A stretch of DNA of 64,000 nt, from the NCBI GenBank assembly GCA_016699245.1, contig CP064968.1:219386-283385 (forward strand). Reading direction: 5' to 3'. Source of the stretch: Candidatus Kaiserbacteria bacterium (GTDB lineage: Bacteria > Patescibacteriota > Minisyncoccia > Phycocordibacterales > UBA918). Both the position numbers and the translations under genes were made by a program. Under the pieces are notes generated by a model. It saw nothing but the letters and a program-made list of their open reading frames with translations. It made no database searches and was not told the origin of the DNA. This document shows positions 1-10,007 of the stretch, in pieces. Numbering within the stretch: the stretch's first letter is position 1; every line of letters begins with the position of its first letter.

Positions 1-150
1 CTTACTGGGGAAGATATACGTTCTCGTTGTGCCAAAAACCCAGCATATTTACCGAAGGGAAGTACGGTGGAAAATGCCATATGCGAATCTCCTCACGCAT
101 CCCACATACTCGACAACTTTGTCTATCTCATCATGTACGGCGATAAATAA
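1..150 (+). CDS. 3' end of an unidentified CDS running in from upstream (frame 1, ends ...YLIMYGDK*)
   Basis: Open frame from base 1 to the TAA at 148-150; no recognisable motif. Confidence 0.25.
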   Translation, partial: LTGEDIRSRCAKNPAYLPKGSTVENAICESPHASHILDNFVYLIMYGDK

Positions 151-837
151 TCACCACACTATTGGTGTTTTCTTGTTTTGTTTTAGATAGGTGTTTGTCA
201 TACTAAAGTGCTTTGAGCCGAAGAAACCTGAGCGCGCAGAAAAAGGGGAGGGGTGTGGTGCGGTGAGTATGAGATGTTTGGTGGTGTCAATAAACACACT
301 TTTCTTTTGCGCATTATTACCCCAAAGCAAAAACACGACATGTTCTTTTTCATTAGAAATTTTTTGAATGACCGCATTGGTAAAAGTTTCCCAACCAATG
401 TCCTTGTGTGAGTTTGGTGCGCCATCACGTACGGTGAGAGTAGTATTGAAAAGAAATACCCCCTGTTCCGCCCAGTGTGTAAGATTACCATGCGTGCGAA
501 GCGGAATCCCCAAATCATTTTGGAGTTCTTTAAATATATTTTTAAGTGAAGGTGGTATGCGAACTTCGTCTGGCACTGAAAAACAAAGTCCATGTGCTTG
601 GCCTTCACCATGGTAGGGGTCTTGACCGAGAATGACTACTTTGATTGCATCAAAGGGGCAAACTGAAAAAGCATTAAAAACAAATGGTAGAGGAGGGTAC
701 ACAGGCTTATGCGTACGGTACTCTTTGCGCACCGTGCGCATGAGATCAGCAAAATACGGCTTCTGGAACTCCTCCTTAAGGACTTCTTTCCACGATGATT
801 CAAAATCCGTATGCATTCTGCATAGTATAGCGCACAT
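151..837 (-). CDS. ung: Uracil-DNA glycosylase (family 1)
   Basis: Motifs VVILGQDPYHG...QAHGLCFS, HPSPFSA, typical UNG length. Confidence 0.9.
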   Translation of the reverse strand: MCAILCRMHTDFESSWKEVLKEEFQKPYFADLMRTVRKEYRTHKPVYPPLPFVFNAFSVCPFDAIKVVILGQDPYHGEGQAHGLCFSVPDEVRIPPSLKNIFKELQNDLGIPLRTHGNLTHWAEQGVFLFNTTLTVRDGAPNSHKDIGWETFTNAVIQKISNEKEHVVFLLWGNNAQKKSVFIDTTKHLILTAPHPSPFSARSGFFGSKHFSMTNTYLKQNKKTPIVW

Positions 838-886
838 TAATTATATTGAGATAAACTGCACAAAATGAATATGGTATGCTATTTCT

Positions 887-1480
887 ATGATAGTTATAGA
901 CATCGAGGCGTCGGGGACCGAGTGGGCAAAACATTCTATTGTTTCAATTGGTGCATTAGATTTTGATCATCCAGAAAATCGGTTTTATGAGGAATGTTGT
1001 ATTTGGCATGGTGCACACATAATGGAAGGTGCTCTTGAGGTAAATGGATTCACGGAAGCAGAAATTACTGACCCCACTAAAAAAAGTGAAGCGGAAATTG
1101 CGCGTATGTTTCTCGAATGGTCGGAGCACATGAGTGACAGAACACTCGCAGGTCAAAATGTGTCGTTTGATAGAGATTTCCTTCGGGCAGCGTGTGATCG
1201 GGCAGACTTACCGTGGAATATAGCGCACCGCACCATTGATACGCACTCTCTTTGCTATATGCACATGGTGACGCACGGTATTACGCCGCCTATCGACCCT
1301 CAGCATCGCCGTACTGCACTCAATCTCGACGCTGTCATGAACTATTGCGGCATTCCAGACGAGCCAGAACCTCATAATGCACTCACTGGCGCCCTTTCGC
1401 ATGCTGAGGTTATTTCACGTCTATTAAATGGCAAAAAACTTCTCCCCGAGTTTGAACAGTATGCAATTCCATGGCTCTAG
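887..1480 (+). CDS. DEDDh 3'-5' exonuclease (DnaQ/epsilon-like)
   Basis: N-terminal IVIDIEASG (Exo I), C-terminal HNALTGALSHAE (Exo III with His). Confidence 0.7.
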   Translation: MIVIDIEASGTEWAKHSIVSIGALDFDHPENRFYEECCIWHGAHIMEGALEVNGFTEAEITDPTKKSEAEIARMFLEWSEHMSDRTLAGQNVSFDRDFLRAACDRADLPWNIAHRTIDTHSLCYMHMVTHGITPPIDPQHRRTALNLDAVMNYCGIPDEPEPHNALTGALSHAEVISRLLNGKKLLPEFEQYAIPWL

Positions 1481-1500
1481 GTACATGATATAATCTCCAC

Positions 1501-2247
1501 ATGGCATTAAGAAAAAAAAGCACAGTTGCTTCGAAAAAGTTTGATATTAAAACCGACAAACGCGACATGCATTGTCGTATACTGACCGACCTTTTTGAGG
1601 CGGATGGTGCAGTGCAGTCATGGCGCATTTTTCGCATTATGTCCGAGTTTGTTAATGGATTTGATATTCTCCGCAAGTACAGCACGGCAGCCACTTTCTT
1701 TGGAAGCGCACGTCTTTCACCACAAGAACCAGCATATAAAGCTGCGGAACTTCTTGCTGCAAAGCTCGCAAAAAAGGGGTTCGCTATCATTACTGGTGGT
1801 GGCCCTGGTATTATGGAAGCCGCAAATGTCGGTGCTTTTAAAGTGGGAGGAAAGTCGGTTGGCCTCAATATTCAATTGCCTATGGAACAGAAGCTCAATC
1901 CCTATGTTACTGAGTCAGAGAGTTTCCACTTTTTCTTTTCGCGGAAAGTGATGCTTTCATTTGCTTCTGAAGTGTATGTCTACTTTCCCGGAGGATTTGG
2001 TACACTCGATGAGCTTTTAGAGATAATCACCCTCATTCAAACAGAGAAAATTACAAAAATTCCTGTTGTGCTCTATGGCAGAGACTTTTGGGAACCTCTC
2101 ATATCATATTTTGAGAAAGTGCTTCTCAAAGAGTACAAGACCATAAGTAAAGATGACCTTTCTCTTATTCATGTTGTTGATACAGTTGATGAAGCATATG
2201 AGTACATCATTGCTCATGTCGATCCCAAAGCACCTCGTCAGGTATAA
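1501..2247 (+). CDS. LOG-family protein (TIGR00730; cytokinin riboside 5'-monophosphate phosphoribohydrolase-like)
   Basis: GGGPGIMEA and PGGFGTLDEL motifs. Confidence 0.8.
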   Translation: MALRKKSTVASKKFDIKTDKRDMHCRILTDLFEADGAVQSWRIFRIMSEFVNGFDILRKYSTAATFFGSARLSPQEPAYKAAELLAAKLAKKGFAIITGGGPGIMEAANVGAFKVGGKSVGLNIQLPMEQKLNPYVTESESFHFFFSRKVMLSFASEVYVYFPGGFGTLDELLEIITLIQTEKITKIPVVLYGRDFWEPLISYFEKVLLKEYKTISKDDLSLIHVVDTVDEAYEYIIAHVDPKAPRQV

Positions 2248-2258
2248 TTTGTTTTTGT

Positions 2259-3518
2259 ATGCAGTCCACATTTCACAACAGTACATTTCCCAAAGACTTA
2301 GTTAAAGAAGTGAGTAAAAAAGCCCATGCATACAGACTAAAAATAGAAAAAGTGCAGGAAAGTGGTATTTTTGAACGTTCTGAGTCCTCACTCTGTATCG
2401 CGGGCGATGGAGCGTACCAGAAAGACATCAAGAAACGTCTCGCTCCATTCACAGGCACAAAACACGTTATTTTGGTTGCTATTGGCGGCTCAATGCAGGG
2501 TGTGCAAGCTGTATATGATGCATGTGTCAGTAAAGAAATTCCTCGATTGAGTATTGTTGACAGTATCGAAGAGAAGTACATAGAAGATATGCGCCGCATC
2601 ATTAGTGTTACCAAAGATGCACGTGACATTGTGCTTGTCGTAGTGAGTAAGTCAGGAACAACGACAGAGACTATGCTCAATGCACTTCACATCATTGGAC
2701 TTTGGGAAAAAAAGTTTGGTGAGGCATTTTTAAAACAAATTATTTTCATTGGCAATGAAGGCACACCGTTTCTCGAAGCAGGAGCAAAAAAAAATATACT
2801 GAGCTTTACGCTTCCACATTCTATTGGGGGAAGGTTTTCCGTTTTTTCTGCTGTAGGCGTTGTACCGCTCACTCTTCTGGGAATAAATATACCGCAGTTA
2901 CTGAAAGGTGCACTTGATGCGGTCAAAAGTGAGGCACTCACTCACGTTGAAGAAAGTGCAGTTACGCTTGCACTCCATGCATATTCTGGAGTGCACACAG
3001 TCAACTTTTTTTCTTTTAACCGACGACTTCGTTCTTGTGGTTTATGGTACCGTCAGCTACTCGCCGAAAGTACTGGTAAAAGCACTACAAAAGCAGGGAC
3101 CCCCTTCATGCATCAGTTGCTTCCTATTGTATCAACAAGTGCAGATTTACACTCTAGTGCAGAACTGTATTTAGGAGGCTATACGGGTATCTATACACAC
3201 TTTGTGTACTACACTGAACGCACGAGCGCACGAATGCCTCAGGTTCATTGGTTACTCGAACACCTTCCGTTTCTTAAAAACAGAAAATCGTCAGTCATAA
3301 AAGATATTATTACCGAAGGTGTGCTTCATGCATATAATGACCAAATGCTTCCGTATCGCTACACAAAGTTAGAAAAATGCACCGAGTACGAAGTGGGTTT
3401 TCTCCTTGCGTCACTCATGGCAGAAGTAATGTATATTGGATATCTCTTCAACATCGACACCTTCGACCAACCCAGTGTGGAATTTTATAAAAAGTATGTA
3501 AGAGCAGAATTGAGTTAG
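2259..3518 (+). CDS. pgi: Glucose-6-phosphate isomerase (short form)
   Basis: IGGSMQG, SKSGTTTET, GGRFSVFSAVG motifs. Confidence 0.85.
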   Translation: MQSTFHNSTFPKDLVKEVSKKAHAYRLKIEKVQESGIFERSESSLCIAGDGAYQKDIKKRLAPFTGTKHVILVAIGGSMQGVQAVYDACVSKEIPRLSIVDSIEEKYIEDMRRIISVTKDARDIVLVVVSKSGTTTETMLNALHIIGLWEKKFGEAFLKQIIFIGNEGTPFLEAGAKKNILSFTLPHSIGGRFSVFSAVGVVPLTLLGINIPQLLKGALDAVKSEALTHVEESAVTLALHAYSGVHTVNFFSFNRRLRSCGLWYRQLLAESTGKSTTKAGTPFMHQLLPIVSTSADLHSSAELYLGGYTGIYTHFVYYTERTSARMPQVHWLLEHLPFLKNRKSSVIKDIITEGVLHAYNDQMLPYRYTKLEKCTEYEVGFLLASLMAEVMYIGYLFNIDTFDQPSVEFYKKYVRAELS

Positions 3519-3519
3519 T

Positions 3520-4371
3520 ATGTATATTCTTTTTGACATCGGCGGCACCAAAACCCGAGTAGCATCAACAAACGACCTAGAGACAATTCTTCGCGTAGAA
3601 AAATTTAATACTCCACTCTCGTATGCCGAAGGTCTTGCGGCTATTGTGGCAGCCATAGAAACAGTGCGTGGAGGTGAGAGTGTGACCGCGATGGCGGGAG
3701 GTATTCGAGGACCTCTCAATCACGAAAAGACTGGAATTGTGAGCGAAAAAGTTTTGATGGACTGGGTTGGGCGCTCGATTACTGGCGACCTCAACCAAAA
3801 ATATCATGCACCCGTGTTTCTCGAAAACGATACCGCCATAGTTGGTCTTGGAGAGGTGCATTACGGTGCAGGGAAGGGAGCAGACATAGTGGCGTACCAC
3901 ACGGTGAGTACTGGGGTAGGGGGTGCACGATATGTGCATGGGCACATTGATGCAGTAAGTGTCGGATTTGAGCCTGGCCAACAGATTTTGGATATTGATA
4001 GAACTATACTTGGCAGTCATGTGTCTCCAACTCTGGAAAATATGGTGTCAGGCACTGCGCTCGAAAAACGAAAGGGAATGAAGCCATATGAAATATCTCA
4101 GGAAGATCATGTATGGGACGAGCTCGCGGGAATATTGGCATTTGGACTTAAAAACACCATTGTGTACTGGTCTCCAGACGTTATTGTACTCGGTGGTTCT
4201 ATGGTAATTGGTGACCCCCGTATTCTCCTCCCCGACATCATTCGTCATACTGAAGAGGCCCTGGGCGGGCTTCTTCTATGCCCTAAGATAGTCGATGCAA
4301 CCTTGAAAGATGAGGGTGGACTCTATGGTGCGATGGCACTCATCAAAGAAAAACAAGGCAACATAAAATAA
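3520..4371 (+). CDS. ROK-family sugar kinase (glucokinase-like)
   Basis: FDIGGTKTR N-terminus, LENDTAIVGLGE, ROK signature spacing. Confidence 0.7.
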   Translation: MYILFDIGGTKTRVASTNDLETILRVEKFNTPLSYAEGLAAIVAAIETVRGGESVTAMAGGIRGPLNHEKTGIVSEKVLMDWVGRSITGDLNQKYHAPVFLENDTAIVGLGEVHYGAGKGADIVAYHTVSTGVGGARYVHGHIDAVSVGFEPGQQILDIDRTILGSHVSPTLENMVSGTALEKRKGMKPYEISQEDHVWDELAGILAFGLKNTIVYWSPDVIVLGGSMVIGDPRILLPDIIRHTEEALGGLLLCPKIVDATLKDEGGLYGAMALIKEKQGNIK

Positions 4372-4402
4372 AGTTTGTCAATGTTCTTCACCTAGAAAAC
4401 GG

Positions 4403-4430
4403 CTATAAATATAGACTGTCAAATAGTTGA
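4403..4430. terminator. Perfect 12-bp-arm inverted repeat (ATAGACTGTCAA-ATA-TTGACAGTCTAT) after the ROK gene; terminator or operator
   Basis: Read directly; followed by an AT-rich tract. Confidence 0.4.
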
Positions 4431-4608
4431 CAGTCTATATTTATAGTTATGTAATTTGATTTTTTCATTCAAAATGGTATACTTTTTATGGACGGCTTGT
4501 GGCTGTCTTTTTGTTTGGTTCGCCTCGGCGGGACATACAAAATGTATTCGTTAAGACTAATGGCTTATATTATCTAGTTTACTTACAGCAATAATTGCTG
4601 TATCGAAC

Positions 4609-5004
4609 ATGGGAGTAGTATCGGTAGCCGATACTGCATATGGGCACATTGCAACAAAAGAAGATCAAGTCACTGAAGTCCGGCTGGTTGGTGCGAACAC
4701 AGAAACGGCAGTTCGTTCCTACTTCAGTGATATACCCGTCATGATACAAATAGCGCGGTGTGAATCACAATTCAGACAAACGCTCGCTGACGGTACTGTT
4801 CTTAGAGGAAAGGTGGATCCCGCTGACACTGGGGTAATGCAAATCAATATGCGTTATCACGGAGAAGAAGCGAGGGAACTTGGCCTGAATCTCGAGGACA
4901 TGTACGACAATATGGCGTATGCTCGTGATCTCTATGAACGGCAAGGTACGCGACCATGGACTGCATCTGCAGCCTGTTGGTCACATACTATTGCAATGCG
5001 TTAA
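4609..5004 (+). CDS. Small SLT-domain lytic transglycosylase-like protein (no signal peptide)
   Basis: IARCESQF...GVMQIN resembles the SLT catalytic ES...GLMQ motif. Isolated between two hairpins. Confidence 0.5.
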   Translation: MGVVSVADTAYGHIATKEDQVTEVRLVGANTETAVRSYFSDIPVMIQIARCESQFRQTLADGTVLRGKVDPADTGVMQINMRYHGEEARELGLNLEDMYDNMAYARDLYERQGTRPWTASAACWSHTIAMR

Positions 5005-5007
5005 CAG

Positions 5008-5036
5008 AAAATCTCCCCATTTGGGGAGATTTTCTT
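5008..5036. terminator. Intrinsic terminator hairpin (AAAATCTCCCCA-TT-TGGGGAGATTTT), bidirectional-looking
   Basis: GC-rich stem flanked by A-run and T-run. Confidence 0.6.
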
Positions 5037-5043
5037 ATGACCA

Positions 5044-5068
5044 ATGTTCGACGTACGACGTCGAACAT
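5044..5068. promoter_or_regulatory. Perfect 25-bp palindrome ATGTTCGACGT-ACG-ACGTCGAACAT upstream of the EVE-domain gene; candidate operator
   Basis: Read directly. A TATAAT -10-like box at 5109-5114 lies between it and the ATG at 5125. Confidence 0.45.
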
Positions 5069-5124
5069 GTGATGTTGTTCTAGGTCGTTTACCTACTTTG
5101 CCTTGGGGCGTATAATAAAAGGGT

Positions 5125-5601
5125 ATGCAGTACTGGCTCATGAAAAGTGAACCCTCGTGTTACTCTATTGACGATCTTAAACGCGATAGAATAGGTAGGT
5201 GGGATGATGTGCGCAACTACCAAGCGCGCAATTTTATGCGGAATATGGAGAAGGGTGATATGGTGCTTTTTTATCACTCGAGCACAAAGCCCGTGGGTGT
5301 GGTAGGGCTTGCGCGGGTGCACAGAGAAGCGTATCCCGACCCCACGCAGTTTGATGCACAATCATACAAATACGATGCAAAATCTTTGGAAGAAAATCCG
5401 CGCTGGTCTGCAGTCGATCTTTCATTTATTGAAAAGTTTTCTGAGGCTATGACACTTGCTGAACTCAAAAATGACCCATATTTCAAAAATATGCTCGTCG
5501 TGAGAACGGGTATGCGACTATCCGTACAACCAGTGGAAAAGAAACACTTTATGCGTATTTGTAACATGTACTCAACTGCTTTTGTGCCTATTGCCACATA
5601 A
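5125..5601 (+). CDS. EVE (PUA-like) domain protein
   Basis: N-terminus MQYWLMKSEP... typical of EVE/thymocyte-nuclear-protein-like domains; ~155 aa. Confidence 0.7.
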   Translation: MQYWLMKSEPSCYSIDDLKRDRIGRWDDVRNYQARNFMRNMEKGDMVLFYHSSTKPVGVVGLARVHREAYPDPTQFDAQSYKYDAKSLEENPRWSAVDLSFIEKFSEAMTLAELKNDPYFKNMLVVRTGMRLSVQPVEKKHFMRICNMYSTAFVPIAT

Positions 5602-5602
5602 T

Positions 5603-6370
5603 ATGAAAATTGGTTTCTTTGATTCGGGGATGGGTGGACTCACTATTCTACGTGCGGTGCGTGCATACATGCCGGAGTACGATTATATTTTTTTTGGTGA
5701 TACCGCCAATGTACCCTATGGGAGTAAATCTGAAGAGGAGATACATACGCTTACGTATGCAGGCATCAAACGTCTTTTTGATGCGGGGGCAGTGATTGTC
5801 ATTGTGGCATGCAATACCGCTTCAGCGCGCTCAGTGCGTATCCATCAAGATGAAATGCTTGCACGTGAGTATCCTGATAGAAAACTTCTTGGGGTGATTA
5901 TTCCTACAGTAGAGACACTTCTCGCGACACCGGCTAAGAATGTATTACTCATTGGCACCGAGCGTACTATTCGCTCCGAGAAGTATCTTATTGAACTCAA
6001 AAAAGGTGATGCAGACTTTACACTCTATACGCATGCCACACCGTCACTCGTGCCACTCATAGAATCGGGCGATTTGGAGGGTGCATGCACTGAAGTACGA
6101 CACGTTCTTTGTGAACCGAAATATGCAAACATCGATACTGTAGTACTCGGTTGTACGCACTACACACTTCTCAAAGAGTGTATTCGTTGTAATCGCACCT
6201 GCACTATCATTTCTCAAGATGAGATTATTCCTGAAAAATTTAAAGAGTACCTGACTCGGCATCCAGAGATTGAATCAAGACTCACGAGAGAGGGAAGTGT
6301 AGAGATAGACTTGAGTGTCGAAAATGAGCACTATGACACCATCAAGAAAACTCTCCTTAGAGCACACTAA
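5603..6370 (+). CDS. murI: Glutamate racemase
   Basis: MKIGFFDSGMGGLT, ACNTAS, GCTHY motifs; start chosen at MKIG to abut the EVE gene. Confidence 0.85.
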   Translation: MKIGFFDSGMGGLTILRAVRAYMPEYDYIFFGDTANVPYGSKSEEEIHTLTYAGIKRLFDAGAVIVIVACNTASARSVRIHQDEMLAREYPDRKLLGVIIPTVETLLATPAKNVLLIGTERTIRSEKYLIELKKGDADFTLYTHATPSLVPLIESGDLEGACTEVRHVLCEPKYANIDTVVLGCTHYTLLKECIRCNRTCTIISQDEIIPEKFKEYLTRHPEIESRLTREGSVEIDLSVENEHYDTIKKTLLRAH

Positions 6371-6738
6371 TATTTTCGGAAATCATTCCGGAGATTTCTT
6401 ATAGTTGTGGGGTAGGGCATAGAACAGAATCTCAAAGATATAACTTTTAATTGCTGGATACCAAAGCACATAGGGAATACCTTGTTCTAGGATATGGTAA
6501 GCGTCGCACAATATATCTTTTACGACGTATAGTATATATACGTGGTGTTGTATATACACATACGCCCATAATGCGTTTTGAGGCGTTTTGTGCATTGTGC
6601 ATGGTATTTCCTGTTGTACTCAATGGTGTTGCTCTCTACCTCGTTCTATACAGCACTCACTCTTCCCTTGTGACTGAGAAAATAAAACGAAACATGATGT
6701 TGCTATCATGTGTCGCAATTATTTCCACAAAAAGTATT

Positions 6739-7218
6739 TTAAAAGGTGTTGGTCGAATACTGATTCCCGTCCCATACCATGGTTCCATCAGTGCTCCCAT
6801 TAAGTCGTATGTCATGCATGCCACTGGTGACACTCTCAAGAACCTCGATTTCTTTTACAGCGTATGCAAATGGTATAGGTGTAAGGAGACCATCTTCAGA
6901 GCGTATAAAGAGTGTTGTGATACAACCGCCACCACCACAGGTAGCGTCGGACTCTATGCGTGCAATAACATCCAGGTCGCGGTCACTGTTGAGATGTACC
7001 GGTGTAAGGACAAACTGTGCATCTTCGGGCAGCACAAAATCATTAATCGCAATATGTTCGTTGTAATGCGCACGCACCACATCATGTATGGTAGCGGTGC
7101 TCATTCCACTCAATAGTACGGATGCTCCCTCTGAATAGGTTTCGATGCCAGATGTCACCATTTGTCCGAGTACGTAGATGACTCCTATGAGAATAAAGGT
7201 GAGCAGTAATCTCTTCAT
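6739..7218 (-). CDS. Hypothetical secreted protein (signal peptide MKRLLLTFILIG...)
   Basis: ORF with N-terminal hydrophobic segment; GGGGC motif; no recognisable family. Confidence 0.4.
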   Translation of the reverse strand: MKRLLLTFILIGVIYVLGQMVTSGIETYSEGASVLLSGMSTATIHDVVRAHYNEHIAINDFVLPEDAQFVLTPVHLNSDRDLDVIARIESDATCGGGGCITTLFIRSEDGLLTPIPFAYAVKEIEVLESVTSGMHDIRLNGSTDGTMVWDGNQYSTNTF

Positions 7219-7290
7219 ATATAGTAATGTAATCACAATAACCAGCACAGCACAAACGTCATACACGCAAAACTTGACAAAGTACGTAAT

Positions 7291-8610
7291 CTATTGCGGA
7301 AGGTATACCATTGGATCTATGTACGCATCGGATGCTGCCACTGGCGTTGTTGCAGCACCACAGCTCGTGACTGCTTTTATTTCATTAAATTTGCGTACAG
7401 AAACTCCGGCCTTTGCATATACGGTGAAGTGTAAGTGGGGTCCAGTGGAGTAGCCGGTGTTGCCCGAGTAGCCAATAATCTCCCCTGTCGCAACTTGTTG
7501 CCCAGGAACAACGCTTATAACGCTCTGGTGTGCGTAGAGTGTTGATAGCCCGTTGGCATGATCGACGAGTGTCCACTTGCCCCATGAGTAACAGCCCGGG
7601 ACTGCATCAGTGTTGCCAGTTGCGCGCACCGTACCCGAAAGTGGTGCCATAATTTTTGATCCTGTTGGTACACCAAAGTCAACGCCTGGATGGTATGCGC
7701 GTCCACCGTAGACTGACGCGTTTTGCTTTGCAAATTCAGTACCACCAAAAAGTTGAGTGATTACTACGTTCGACACTGGCCAATTGAATACCTGTGTCCC
7801 ACGCGCAGGAATGGTGTTGGGGTCAAGAATAAATTGAAGTTTTGATTCAAAGTCACGCATCTCTTTCAGTACAGCGTCATACTCAGTCTTCTTAGCTTTA
7901 AGAAGTTTTTGATATTCAACTTCTTTGTTTTTAGTAGCAGACAGTAGCCTCGATTTTTGAGTTGAGTTGTCAACAAGCACTTCATTTTGATCACTATATT
8001 GCTCTTTAAGGCCAAGAAGCTGCTCGCGCTTGTGTGTTTGTGTTGCAAATTGTCCGCTCAGTAATTCTTTTTCAGCACTCAGGTCAGTAAGTTTTTCGCG
8101 CATGACAAGTCGCATTTGTTCGAGCTCATCGATGCGTCCCCAAAACTCTGAAACATTGTCATATTCTAGAAGTACTTCTATAAAAGATCGGTCGTCCGTC
8201 TCACTGAGCATTTGAATTGTTTCGCTTACGGCTCTTTGATTGAGTGTGATACTTGCCTCGGTGACATCTATCTCGAGAGCAAGTTTGTCAATTTCCAAAT
8301 CAGTAGCGCCGATTTTGTTTTGGGTGTACTTAATATCAGACTGTACTTTTTTTCGTTCAAGCTCGAGAGACGAAATTGCTTTTTGAAGAGTATTTTTTGT
8401 ACCGCCCACTTTTTTAAGCTCGGTTTGATACCCGGCAATTTCCTGCTCGATTTCTTTTAGACGAGAGTTACGCTCGTTGATTTCAGTTTGGAGCACCTCC
8501 GCCTCAGTAGCCGCATGTGTAATAGGAAGACTCACAGAAAAGAGTACACTTACCATGAGTAGGTGTACACAGACAGAATTAAAAAAAGCAATGAATGAGG
8601 GTTTTCGCAT
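7291..8610 (-). CDS. M23 family metallopeptidase with N-terminal coiled-coil (EnvC-like murein hydrolase activator/peptidase)
   Basis: Long heptad-rich N-terminal half; C-terminal HPGVDF...HLHF M23 zinc-site motifs intact. Confidence 0.8.
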   Translation of the reverse strand: MRKPSFIAFFNSVCVHLLMVSVLFSVSLPITHAATEAEVLQTEINERNSRLKEIEQEIAGYQTELKKVGGTKNTLQKAISSLELERKKVQSDIKYTQNKIGATDLEIDKLALEIDVTEASITLNQRAVSETIQMLSETDDRSFIEVLLEYDNVSEFWGRIDELEQMRLVMREKLTDLSAEKELLSGQFATQTHKREQLLGLKEQYSDQNEVLVDNSTQKSRLLSATKNKEVEYQKLLKAKKTEYDAVLKEMRDFESKLQFILDPNTIPARGTQVFNWPVSNVVITQLFGGTEFAKQNASVYGGRAYHPGVDFGVPTGSKIMAPLSGTVRATGNTDAVPGCYSWGKWTLVDHANGLSTLYAHQSVISVVPGQQVATGEIIGYSGNTGYSTGPHLHFTVYAKAGVSVRKFNEIKAVTSCGAATTPVAASDAYIDPMVYLPQ

Positions 8611-8634
8611 AGATTCTACTGCACCAAAGGAAGT

Positions 8635-9999
8635 CTATGATGCTCTAAGAATTGTATCACACGCGGTAATGACTCTTTTGTATGACTCTGCAGAACCGAT
8701 AATATGTATCACACAGAATGGGTCAGGAGATCGCTCACGACCAGTAAGAGCAACACGAAGTGGCCATAGTACTTCTCCCTTCCCTGTGTCTACTGCATAA
8801 TCCCAAATAAAAGATCGTGCCTCATCAGATGAAAGTTCTTCAGGCATTTGAGCAATAAGTTCTGCAAGTTTTTGAAGACGAGAGAGTGATTCTCGTGGGC
8901 TTGCATCGTTTTTCCACGCTATAAGTTTCGGATTGTGTTCGGGGGGTTTAAAAGCAAAATCGTACTCCCCTGCTTCGAAGTCACTAAAAACCTCATCACG
9001 GGTACTACTGCGTTCTTTGATAAGTGGTATTACTTTGCGAAGCCGATCCGGACTAAACTGCGGCAATGCAAAAAGAGCATCAGGAAGAATAGTCTCAATA
9101 TATGCACCGAACTCTTCAACTGAATAGTTCGTAAGATACTCTTTGTTAAACCATTTGAGTTTATCAATATTGAAGACCGCACCGCTCTTTTGGATACCAG
9201 AAATATCGAAAGCCTGAGTAAGTTCTTCGAGTGTGTACTTCTCTAGATCAGTGCCAGGATTCCAACCGAGAAGTGCCAGGTAATTAATGATGGACTCTTT
9301 GATAAAGCCTTGGCGTTCGTATTCGCTGAGCATTACTGCACCGTGACGCTTCGAAAGTTTCGACCTATCGGGAGCAAGGATAAGCGGAAGGTGAGCGTAG
9401 ATAGGACGCTCAGCCCCTATGGCTTCTTGAATAAGAATCTGACGTGGTGTATTCGAGATATGATCTTCACCACGAATTACATGAGTAACACCCATCTCGT
9501 GATCGTCGACGACAACGGTAAAATGATACAGGGCATCATCGATAGAGCGTGCAATTACAAAGTCACCAAGTTCAGTAGTATCAAAAGTAATTTCACCACG
9601 AACTTCATCTTCAAAAGTAATAGTGGTGTTAGGATTTTTAAGGCGCACTACATCAACGTATTCACCAGGGCGCATCTTACTTTCCTCGTGACTTACGTAT
9701 GCGCGGCCTTTTGAAATGGCTAGCTCAAGGTATCCACGATAAATGGCGGTACGTTCTGATTGACGGTACAGGGCGTCCCAGGACATCCCGAGCCATTCGA
9801 GTCCCTCAAGAATTTCCTCCTCATATTCTTTCTTACTGCGCTCTTTGTCGGTATCTTCGATGCGCATAATAAAGGTACCATTATACTTTTTCGCATACAG
9901 GTAGTTAAAAAGAGCCGTACGTGCAGTGCCGATATGCAAATGCCCTGTGGGGCTTGGCGCCATGCGCGTAACCACAGCCGTATTCTGAAATTTTGACAT
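8635..9999 (-). CDS. gltX: Glutamyl-tRNA synthetase
   Basis: RMAPSPTGHLHIGTARTALFNYL (HIGH), KLSKR (KMSKS). Confidence 0.9.
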   Translation of the reverse strand: MSKFQNTAVVTRMAPSPTGHLHIGTARTALFNYLYAKKYNGTFIMRIEDTDKERSKKEYEEEILEGLEWLGMSWDALYRQSERTAIYRGYLELAISKGRAYVSHEESKMRPGEYVDVVRLKNPNTTITFEDEVRGEITFDTTELGDFVIARSIDDALYHFTVVVDDHEMGVTHVIRGEDHISNTPRQILIQEAIGAERPIYAHLPLILAPDRSKLSKRHGAVMLSEYERQGFIKESIINYLALLGWNPGTDLEKYTLEELTQAFDISGIQKSGAVFNIDKLKWFNKEYLTNYSVEEFGAYIETILPDALFALPQFSPDRLRKVIPLIKERSSTRDEVFSDFEAGEYDFAFKPPEHNPKLIAWKNDASPRESLSRLQKLAELIAQMPEELSSDEARSFIWDYAVDTGKGEVLWPLRVALTGRERSPDPFCVIHIIGSAESYKRVITACDTILRAS

Positions 10000-10007
10000 A
10001 ATTGAGT

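Noticed and set aside
1595-1951. Numerous 60-190-aa ORFs nested in or antisense to confidently assigned genes (e.g. inside LOG, dnaK, leuS, alaS, ftsW).
   Set aside because: Alternative-frame/antisense artefacts of long genes; no independent support.
6451-7116. 221-aa plus-strand ORF and 70-aa minus ORF (6383-6595) in the murI-downstream region.
   Set aside because: The long one overlaps the better-supported minus-strand secreted-protein gene on the opposite strand and has no motif or RBS. The 368-bp region 6371-6738 is more likely non-coding (AT-rich, with a GAAATC...GATTTC hairpin after murI).
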